Source: Clostridia bacterium
GTDB taxonomy: Bacteria; Bacillota; Clostridia; Christensenellales; Borkfalkiaceae
NCBI GenBank assembly: GCA_017415505.1
Contig: JAFQGG010000001.1
Location: forward strand, 21,193 to 85,192
Reading direction: 5' to 3'
Length of the DNA stretch: 64,000 bases
Each line of letters starts with the position of its first letter. Positions within the stretch are counted from its first letter, which is position 1. Positions 15,452 to 22,841 of this stretch are shown in pieces. Below the pieces are notes generated by a model. It saw only the letters and a program-made list of their open reading frames with translations. It had not been told where the DNA came from and searched no databases. The translations under genes were made by a program, and so were the position numbers.

Positions 15452-17272
15452 TTACTCTCCTTTAATTTGATAATGATAATATTCCACGCCGTTAATTGTG
15501 TCTTTCCCTAAATTGTTATATAACACGTTGTAAATACCCACCGTAATCGTTATATCCGCCCGAATATATACGTCCGTTGCGTATGTAATAATGTCACCTA
15601 TAAATGAAACGTTTACAACGTCCGAAGAATCAATTATTATCGTTTTCAACGCCAAACAACTATGAAACGCATCTGCATAAATTTCCCTTACGCTGTCAGG
15701 GATTTCTATGCTCGTTAAACTACTACAACCACTGAACGCAGAATTGCCAATCGAAGTTACGCTATCGGGAATTTCCACGTTCGTTAAACTACTACAACCT
15801 AAAAACGCAGAATTGCCAATCGAAGTTACGCTATCGGGAATTTCCACGCTCGTTAAGCTGGTGCAATGACTGAACGCATCCCCACCAATCAAAGTTACGC
15901 TGTCAGGGATTTCTATGCTCGTTAAGCTAGTGCAGTAAGAGAACGCACACCCATCAATCGAAGTTACGCTATCGGGGATTTCTATACTCGTTAAGTTATG
16001 GCAATTAGAGAACGCAGAAGCTCCAATCGAAGTTACGCTATCGGGAATTTCCACGCTCGTTAAGCTGGTGCAATCACTGAACGCAGAATTGCCGATACCT
16101 TTTACAGTAACACCTTTATACGTAGAAGGGATTTTTACTTCCTTTGCATTACCCGTATAATCAATTACTTCATATCCTTGTAATTCTTCGCTGTATTTAT
16201 AAGTCAAACATTTTGCCGAATCCTCATAGTGAGCGTATAGCGTATAATTGCCAAGTTCAGTTATGGTTTTTATTTCATTTTTTCCTGCTTCGTCCGTCGT
16301 CCATTTGACAAAGCTTTGCGTATTCGTGCCTTGGGGAATAGGCAAATGATAGGGTAAGTTATAAATAGCATACTCATACATCACGCCGTCGTGTGGCATC
16401 TGCCCACCGTTTAAGTTGTACGTTATCGTATACCTATTTTCCGTCCATTGCGCGTATGCCGTAATATTTTGCGTGACCGTTATGATGTCCCCGCTATTTT
16501 TTGTTTCGCCGTTAATTGACCACCCATTAAAGGTATATCCCTCTCTTTCGGGCTTTTTTAATTGAACAGAACCGCCCTCTTGAATATTAACAGCCACCTC
16601 TTTTTGTTCATAGCCGTAATCAAATGTTACTTCGTAAAATTCAATAGCTGGCGTTTGCGTAGAACCATTTTCATTGTTATCATCATTATTCCCATAATCA
16701 TTAAAATAGGTGTCCACGTCTTTTATATAGACGTCATAATAGATTTGTCCGTTTTCTGTTACATACCAGTACGTTTTGCTTGTTTGGAACGTAACAATCT
16801 CCATAAACGTAATCTCAATAACCCCGTCTTTTATGCGGTAAGTTGCCGATTTATCTTTTGTCCTATCCGACGTATTTACATATAATGCAGTTCCGTCGCT
16901 TTTGAAAGTATAAAATTCCAGAATGCCTCCATTTCCATAATTATATAAAGTTGCGTTAAAATATTGATTTCTTTCCGTAATACTACCGCTATCAAATTCA
17001 GCGAGAAATTCAAAAGAAAGGACTTGGTAATTGTTGTGAAAAATTAAATCAGAACTGGAACCTTCTATGCGAATCTTATCATCAATAATCTTATATGTAT
17101 AGTTTTCTCCGTTTATGTTTACGTATTCTTTTGTTATAATTAATGTATCCCTTCCGCCCTTATACGTGCCAAGATAGAGCATATCATCCCCCTTGCAAGC
17201 CGTTAGAGAAAAAATGCTTAACGCAAGCATAAAAATAGACAGTAACCACAGCCAAAATTTTTTCTTTTGCAT
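15452..17272 (-). CDS. surface lipoprotein with Listeria-Bacteroides (InlB B-repeat type) repeats and six BspA-type LRRs
   Basis: Start set at MQKKKFWLWLLSIFMLALSIFSLTAC (lipobox LTAC) with GGAGGG upstream. GYTFNGW and YTITYNLNGG repeats. Tandem 23-aa units of the form xLTSVEIPDSVTSIGNSAFxxC. Confidence 0.85.
   Translation of the reverse strand: MQKKKFWLWLLSIFMLALSIFSLTACKGDDMLYLGTYKGGRDTLIITKEYVNINGENYTYKIIDDKIRIEGSSSDLIFHNNYQVLSFEFLAEFDSGSITERNQYFNATLYNYGNGGILEFYTFKSDGTALYVNTSDRTKDKSATYRIKDGVIEITFMEIVTFQTSKTYWYVTENGQIYYDVYIKDVDTYFNDYGNNDDNNENGSTQTPAIEFYEVTFDYGYEQKEVAVNIQEGGSVQLKKPEREGYTFNGWSINGETKNSGDIITVTQNITAYAQWTENRYTITYNLNGGQMPHDGVMYEYAIYNLPYHLPIPQGTNTQSFVKWTTDEAGKNEIKTITELGNYTLYAHYEDSAKCLTYKYSEELQGYEVIDYTGNAKEVKIPSTYKGVTVKGIGNSAFSDCTSLTSVEIPDSVTSIGASAFSNCHNLTSIEIPDSVTSIDGCAFSYCTSLTSIEIPDSVTLIGGDAFSHCTSLTSVEIPDSVTSIGNSAFLGCSSLTNVEIPDSVTSIGNSAFSGCSSLTSIEIPDSVREIYADAFHSCLALKTIIIDSSDVVNVSFIGDIITYATDVYIRADITITVGIYNVLYNNLGKDTINGVEYYHYQIKGE
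15680..16110 (-). repeat. tandem near-identical 69-bp coding repeats (LRR units)
   Basis: Units of the form gaacgcagaattgccaatcgaagttacgctatcgggaatttccacg.tcgttaa recur six times with few substitutions. Confidence 0.8.
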
Positions 17273-17428
17273 AAAACCCTCCAATGATAAATAAAAAATG
17301 CGCCTCATAAAGAGACGCACGAAAAACGCATCTCTCAATGTTGCTACACATTTTTCCTAAAACCAGGTGAGAGCATACGTTTTTACCAACAGTATGCCCT
17401 GATTTTAGGCTATTAAAAATGTGTAGCA
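17273..17428 (-). promoter_or_regulatory. structured 5' leader: 86-nt hairpin (17343..17428), then alternative antiterminator/terminator (terminator 17289..17319)
   Basis: Arms GCTACACATTTTT / AAAAATGTGTAGC, CCTAAAATCAGG / CCTGGTTTTAGG (1 mismatch), GCATAC / GTATGC. Terminator TGCGTCTC-tttat-GAGGCGCA plus a T run. Its 5' arm can instead pair with the upstream AGAGATGCG. Confidence 0.6.
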
Positions 17429-17433
17429 TTATC

Positions 17434-17462
17434 AGTATATCACTTTCTTAAATAAAACGCAA
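17434..17462 (-). promoter_or_regulatory. promoter of the LRR lipoprotein operon
   Basis: Minus strand TTGCGT (17462-17457), 17-nt spacer, TATACT (17439-17434). The predicted TSS at about 17427 coincides with the first base of the leader hairpin. Confidence 0.55.
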
Positions 17463-17682
17463 GTATTTTTTGTGTTTTGCACAATTTTAACGATTTGGTT
17501 GCGTAAAAAAATTAGGCGAAACCAAAAAACAGGATTTTGACGATATTTTTCGTTAAAAACCTGTTTTTATTTTAATGTATTATTAAAAACTGCGGATGAA
17601 TATTTTGGCTTTGCCAAAGCGTCGTCATTCGCCAACTGTTCGTTTCTTTTTTACCTATTCGTTTCTCATTCCTCGCGTGAAC

Positions 17683-17760
17683 CCATAATAATTTACGGCT
17701 TCCGCGCGACCTTCATCCGCACCAACGAAAAAACGCACCCACAAGGGGTGCATTTCGTTG
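17683..17760. repeat. 79-bp direct repeat copy 2 (78 bp), containing a minus-strand terminator (17728..17751)
   Basis: See copy 1. Differences are 4 substitutions and 1 single-base indel. Confidence 0.9.
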
Positions 17761-17943
17761 CGAATTGGCTATAAAAAAGATATTTCGCATTTTTTGGTTG
17801 AGGATATGAACCCATACGATGTAGACCCTCTCCAAGCAAAACGCAGATATCTCCACTAAAAGCCCTTTACAAATAAAGCACTAAAAAAGGAAAATGACTT
17901 ATTAATGTCCAAGCTTATGGGAGTTCGGACATCAACAGGTCTT

Positions 17944-18693
17944 TCATTCTATTTCCTTAAAAGTTGTTTTCGACATAAACGCTGTTCGAGGTCCACCACT
18001 CGTATCAAGTCTTAAATAGAGTTTGTCACCTCTTTGAATAATCACCGCATCTTTTTCTTCAGGCGTTAGTTCCAACTTTGGACGAGGCGTAATTATCATT
18101 TTGTTTTGATGGAATTTTTCTGGTTTGATATTTATGCCTTTTGAATTAATTAAATACAGCCAATCTAAAAATAAATCTGCAAAATTTTCATATTGAAGAT
18201 AAAACGCTTCCACTGCTAAACATTCTTTTGTTTCTTTGTCAATTGAATAAAACAAATTATCGTTGAATGTAACTTGTAATTGATAATATTTTCTTTCATG
18301 ACTATAGAATGCATCTAAAATAAAACTTGGTATTTCGGGGATTTCAGCTTTATCTATCGTAAAAGCTTTTGCTTTATTATAATCAGCACTTAAAATATGC
18401 AGATTATCATAACAACAATTCAGACCATTATTATCTAAATGCTCAATAATACAATCATCGGATAAAAGCCGAGATAAATTTTCCTTCCCGTAAAGAAACT
18501 CCAATACAAATTGGTGCAAGGAAATCGATAGCTTTAAACATCTTAAATATCCATTGCTATATGTCCAAGTATATTTTTGAACTTCTTCCAATAAATTGGG
18601 GTAGTCGCTTATAAAAGCCCTTTCTCCTCCCCATTGCTCTCGCCTCAATTCATAAGAGTTTCCTGTTTTTTCATATCTTAAATTCTGTGACAT
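17944..18693 (-). CDS. HNH-nuclease-motif protein with an uncharacterised C-terminal domain
   Basis: SLHQFVLEFLYG...IIEHLDNNGLNCCYDNLHILSADYNKAKA resembles the HNH_3 (H-x-D-x-N...N-L) core. First ATG at 18693; the ORF-track start at 18723 is TTG. Confidence 0.55.
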   Translation of the reverse strand: MSQNLRYEKTGNSYELRREQWGGERAFISDYPNLLEEVQKYTWTYSNGYLRCLKLSISLHQFVLEFLYGKENLSRLLSDDCIIEHLDNNGLNCCYDNLHILSADYNKAKAFTIDKAEIPEIPSFILDAFYSHERKYYQLQVTFNDNLFYSIDKETKECLAVEAFYLQYENFADLFLDWLYLINSKGINIKPEKFHQNKMIITPRPKLELTPEEKDAVIIQRGDKLYLRLDTSGGPRTAFMSKTTFKEIE

Positions 18694-18898
18694 TTCCCCA
18701 TAAATCCTTAATACAAAACCCAATAATCTTATTTAGGTATTATTCGCAACAAATTAATGCCTTTATATTATACACAATTTACCATATAATGTCAATCAAC
18801 TGCTTAGGCTACTCAAATTGTATATTAAAAATAATCGAAAACCGCCCCATCTTTCTTTGTAAGTCATTTTACGGAAAAATGTTTGTACATTAAGAAAC

Positions 18899-18927
18899 TT
18901 GACACGCACCCCGTTTCTTGTTAAAAT
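18899..18927 (+). promoter_or_regulatory. promoter giving a leaderless mRNA for the 131-aa HTH gene
   Basis: TTGACA (18899-18904), 17-nt spacer, TAAAAT (18922-18927). The ATG begins at 18934, 7 nt after the -10, with no RBS in between. Confidence 0.55.
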
Positions 18928-18933
18928 ATAAAT

Positions 18934-19329
18934 ATGAAAGATACCTATATTGATAATGCGACAACTCCATACCGCAGGCCTAACCATCGCAAAATCCTAT
19001 TACCTGATATCCCTGAAGAAAAAAGGTGTTTCTTTAGACGGGAATACGACAGCGGGAAAAGTCTACAACAAATCGCTCTTGAAAATCATTGCGATAGGCG
19101 AACCGTTCGCATTGCAATTATACATAATCGAGATGAGATTGGGCAGCAAACCGTTGACTCGAAAACCGACAAATACAAACACCGCATCGAACATTTATTA
19201 GAGACCATTCCAAAATCCCGTTCTCTGTTTAGTAAAAGTACGCAAATTGCGAAAGCCCTCAACGAAAGCGGAATTGAAATTTCCGAACGCAGCGTTCGCA
19301 ATTATATTAAAAAACAAGAAAAAAACTAA
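18934..19329 (+). CDS. DNA-binding protein with two HTH motifs
   Basis: GKSLQQIALENHCDRRTVRIAI and STQIAKALNESGIEISERSVRNYI resemble resolvase/transposase-type HTHs. Confidence 0.6.
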   Translation: MKDTYIDNATTPYRRPNHRKILLPDIPEEKRCFFRREYDSGKSLQQIALENHCDRRTVRIAIIHNRDEIGQQTVDSKTDKYKHRIEHLLETIPKSRSLFSKSTQIAKALNESGIEISERSVRNYIKKQEKN

Positions 19330-19349
19330 CATTCAAAGGAGGATAATAT

Positions 19350-20279
19350 ATGATTACTTTAACGAATACCCCCAATAATTTAGGCGTCCTTATAAAAGGT
19401 GATTACAATGATTTGAATTCTCTGTACGATTCTCTTTCCAACTATGTGGATTTTTATATTAATAATATAGTACTTGATTGTGAAGAAGAAGATAAAAAGT
19501 CGAAAAACAAAATAGAAGAGTTGCCCAGTTATACACGGTATTTTCAATTGATGCGTGATAACATATACGGTCTTTGCCACGACCTTCGTAAAGCATACGA
19601 GGGACAACGCAACGTTCACCAAGAAAATAATGGCGATTCTATTAATACTTATTATTCGGTTGAAATCTTCTATCCTTGGGCTTTATATTATTTGTTTATT
19701 TTAGACGATATGACAAATAACTATTATGAAACCCATTGGCTTTCGCGCAAGGAAACACTTCCTTTGCCAAATTACAGCGAAACGGAAATTTTGCAAGATA
19801 CCGCGCGTATAAAACTGCTCATTGCCGACATATGGGGAACATTGAAAGCATTACTTGGAGATAATTACCCCGCCCTTTATCATTATTTTCAAGATAAAGA
19901 GCCGGACGATCCTGCTGATTCCGGATATATTGCTGGAATGTGCGATTATTTAGTCAAACTCGACAACAATATTAAAAATAAAAACTCATTGAAGCAAGCC
20001 CGAAAAGCGGCAATTACTCTCATCGCATATGAATTATTATGTTCCGAACAATTATTCGACAACAACGAATACGCAGAAAAGCATTACGCTCTGGCAAGAC
20101 GGCAATACCACGAATGTGCAAATACAATCGAAGAAAAGACCAACCACGCTTTTCTAACGCACAGTAAATTTGCCTCCTACGCACTTCTTTACGCAAGGCA
20201 ACATAATTATGAGTATGACGAAGATGAATTTCTCCATCATCTTTTCGGCAAATTCCAAGAAAGTGATTTTAAATGGTAA
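19350..20279 (+). CDS. hypothetical protein, no recognised domain
   Basis: 309-aa ORF with RBS AAAGGAGG 8 nt upstream, 20 nt after the HTH gene, followed by a terminator. Confidence 0.55.
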   Translation: MITLTNTPNNLGVLIKGDYNDLNSLYDSLSNYVDFYINNIVLDCEEEDKKSKNKIEELPSYTRYFQLMRDNIYGLCHDLRKAYEGQRNVHQENNGDSINTYYSVEIFYPWALYYLFILDDMTNNYYETHWLSRKETLPLPNYSETEILQDTARIKLLIADIWGTLKALLGDNYPALYHYFQDKEPDDPADSGYIAGMCDYLVKLDNNIKNKNSLKQARKAAITLIAYELLCSEQLFDNNEYAEKHYALARRQYHECANTIEEKTNHAFLTHSKFASYALLYARQHNYEYDEDEFLHHLFGKFQESDFKW

Positions 20280-20293
20280 TCGTTTTAAAGTTC

Positions 20294-20318
20294 ACGCCCT
20301 TTCGCTTTGAAAGGGCGT
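20294..20318 (+). terminator. hairpin terminator between the 309-aa gene and the convergent recombinase gene
   Basis: acgcccttt-cgctttg-aaagggcgt followed by a T-rich run. Confidence 0.7.
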
Positions 20319-20338
20319 TTTATTATTTTCTCCTACCT

Positions 20339-21982
20339 TTAATTATTAAGATTAGATTCCACTTCCAATCCGCCTTTGAATATTACCTTGATTTTTTCTT
20401 TGCTTTCTACTATAACGCATTCGAGTATCCGTCGAATCATTTCGTCATCATAGGTAAGCGGATGATTTTTCAATCCGTCGATAACCGTATAAATTTCATC
20501 GAGTCTTGATTTTTCACTTTCTCTCTTTTGCTTAACGTCTGCCATCAAAGTAAGTTGTTTTTGCAAGTTCTCTTTTTCGTTTAACAGCTCTTTCGCTTTT
20601 GTTTCATCAAAGTTTTCTACTGTTTCGACAGATATGGCTTCCAACATTTTATTGAATTCCGTTTCAATTTCCGTTATACGTATTTGAATTTCAAGCTCCT
20701 TATCTTCTTGTTCTTCCGTTTCAAGCCCCATCGCAATATGCATTTTCAGCGTTCTAAGGACATCCGTATTTTGACAAGCAACTTTCATAACGGCGTCCAT
20801 TATCGATTCGTGCAGTACACTTTCTTCTATCGTCGGTGATTTATGACAATACTTCTTTCCAAAGTCAAGACGGTTAATACATCTCCACACAATTTTCTTT
20901 TGCCCGTTTATCGTCCACGTGCATCGCCTATACGGTGTTTTGCATTCTCCGCATACAAGCAATTCTGTTAAAGCGTATTTACTTGAGTATCGCCCCTGTT
21001 CAGTTTTCGTACCTATCTGCTTAACTTTTGGTTTACTCGCCCGCCTTGCAAGTTCCTCTTGTACTCTCCCGAACATTCCAGCGTCGATGATTGCGGGATG
21101 ATTATTCTCAACATAATATTTCTCCCTTTCGCCATTATTTATCTTTACTTCTTTTGAAATACAATCTACAATATATGTTTTATTGATAATAACGTCACCT
21201 TTATATTTTTCATTTGAGAGAATCGATTGAATGGTCGTACACGACCACTTCGTTTTTCCTGCGGGACTCAAAATCTTTAATTCTTCCAAGCGATTTGCTA
21301 TTGTTTTGAAGCTGTCGCCCGCAAGGAACCTATCATAGATAAATTTCACTATATCCGCCTGTTCTTCATCAATAACAGGTTTTCCATCGATGCCTTTTTT
21401 GTAGCCGAGAAATTTCTTATAAAAGAACGGAGCTTTCCCTTCCCTTGCACTTTGCGCCTTTCCCCACTTTACGTTTGCGCTGATATTTTCCGATTCTGTT
21501 TGTGCAATACTACCATATATTGTGATATAAAACTCAGCGCCAGGTTGCTTGCTATGCAAATTTTGTTCTTCAAAATACACGTCAACGCCTATTCTTTTCA
21601 ACATTCTTGTGTATTTAAGACAGTCAAGCGTATTCCGCGCAAAGCGGGCTATCGATTTTGTTATTATCATATCTACTTTCCCGCGCTTGCATAGGCGTAT
21701 CATCTTATGGAATTCATCTCTATTTTTTACGCTTGTTCCCGTAATACCTTTATCGGCGAAAATCTTTACAAGCGTCCAATCGGGTTCTCTGTTTATCCTT
21801 TCTTTATAGTATCTTTGCTGCACTTCATAGCTGTTAAGTTGTTCTTCTTGCATAGTCGACACTCGGCAATAAGCCACCACTCGGGTTTGTCGGTATTTTT
21901 CCTTAACAGATTCTTGTACGTTAATCGTAGGCGGTATAATCCGCACCACTCTCCTCGGAGACGACTTTTCACTTATGTTCAT
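20339..21982 (-). CDS. large serine recombinase (resolvase catalytic domain + recombinase domain + zinc ribbon + coiled coil)
   Basis: VVAYCRVSTMQEEQLNSYEVQ (catalytic Ser context), SIARFARN, later CGECKTPYRR...WRC zinc ribbon. Confidence 0.9.
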   Translation of the reverse strand: MNISEKSSPRRVVRIIPPTINVQESVKEKYRQTRVVAYCRVSTMQEEQLNSYEVQQRYYKERINREPDWTLVKIFADKGITGTSVKNRDEFHKMIRLCKRGKVDMIITKSIARFARNTLDCLKYTRMLKRIGVDVYFEEQNLHSKQPGAEFYITIYGSIAQTESENISANVKWGKAQSAREGKAPFFYKKFLGYKKGIDGKPVIDEEQADIVKFIYDRFLAGDSFKTIANRLEELKILSPAGKTKWSCTTIQSILSNEKYKGDVIINKTYIVDCISKEVKINNGEREKYYVENNHPAIIDAGMFGRVQEELARRASKPKVKQIGTKTEQGRYSSKYALTELLVCGECKTPYRRCTWTINGQKKIVWRCINRLDFGKKYCHKSPTIEESVLHESIMDAVMKVACQNTDVLRTLKMHIAMGLETEEQEDKELEIQIRITEIETEFNKMLEAISVETVENFDETKAKELLNEKENLQKQLTLMADVKQKRESEKSRLDEIYTVIDGLKNHPLTYDDEMIRRILECVIVESKEKIKVIFKGGLEVESNLNN

Positions 21983-21983
21983 T

Positions 21984-22841
21984 TTACAACTCCTTTTTTA
22001 TTATTTGATTATTAGTGAATATAATGCCAACGCTTTTATCCTTGTAAAGTATTACGCTTATTACTGTTTGCGTAAATAAATCAATTGAAAACTTGTCCAA
22101 CGGCGAACTCTCTAAAAATATATCTTTCAATCGTTGCGCCGTGCTTACCGACGAATCCATTTCTTTATACTTTAGTGAAATGTACTCCCGCATCTTTTCT
22201 TGAACTTCTTCCTTGTTGATTTTTAGCCCGTTGAGTAATCTCGTAATTTCATTATGAAGGCGTTGAACCTCTATACTTGGCGTATACTCCTTTATTGACG
22301 GTATGTTTATTATATCAGGGTTTGCGATTACCATATTTAACAATTCGGTGAGACCTTCAATCATCTCCCCATCTGCCTTGATTATCATTTCTTTGCAATC
22401 TAAACTTGTACACGCCCACCTGTCTTTTGCTCTCTGCGAGTTATTACACCTACGGTGCATTTTTTGATTGCATATTGGGCAGAGCACCGGAACACCGAGC
22501 TGAAAAATATCCGATTTTCTATCCACCTCTTTTTGATTATTCTTCCCACTTTTTATTTCTCGCATTTTTATCTGCAAGTTTTTGTCTATTATTACAGGAT
22601 AAGCCCCTTCGCCGCAATATCTCTCGTCCTCAATAATTCGTCTGATTCGTGCTTTATTCCAGCCAACAACCCCTACCATGTATTCGATGAATCGCTCATT
22701 TAAGGATTTGGCTATATTCAATAACGACTCTCCCGCAAGATACGATTGACATATTTCTTTCACAATTACGCTCTCTTGCGGATGTAGGACAATGCCACCA
22801 TTTACGTATTGATAGCCGTACGGAATACTTCGTACTTTCAT
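21984..22841 (-). CDS. recombinase-domain/zinc-ribbon protein lacking the N-terminal serine-catalytic domain
   Basis: Begins directly with MKVRSIPYGYQYVNGGIVLHPQE (start of the 'recombinase' domain), then CPICNQKMHRR...WACTSLDC. No YxRVS motif. Confidence 0.8.
   Translation of the reverse strand: MKVRSIPYGYQYVNGGIVLHPQESVIVKEICQSYLAGESLLNIAKSLNERFIEYMVGVVGWNKARIRRIIEDERYCGEGAYPVIIDKNLQIKMREIKSGKNNQKEVDRKSDIFQLGVPVLCPICNQKMHRRCNNSQRAKDRWACTSLDCKEMIIKADGEMIEGLTELLNMVIANPDIINIPSIKEYTPSIEVQRLHNEITRLLNGLKINKEEVQEKMREYISLKYKEMDSSVSTAQRLKDIFLESSPLDKFSIDLFTQTVISVILYKDKSVGIIFTNNQIIKKEL

Noticed and set aside
15680-16110. Regular 69-bp repeats as a CRISPR-like array
   Set aside because: The repeats are contiguous with no unique spacers, lie inside a long ORF and encode LRR units.
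17343-17428. The GCTACAC inverted repeats as an invertible promoter switch (inverton); the same applies to 55997..56097
   Set aside because: The arms enclose only about 60-80 bp, and the promoter lies outside, 7 nt upstream of the first arm. The geometry fits an RNA hairpin at the transcript's 5' end, not a recombinase-flipped DNA segment.
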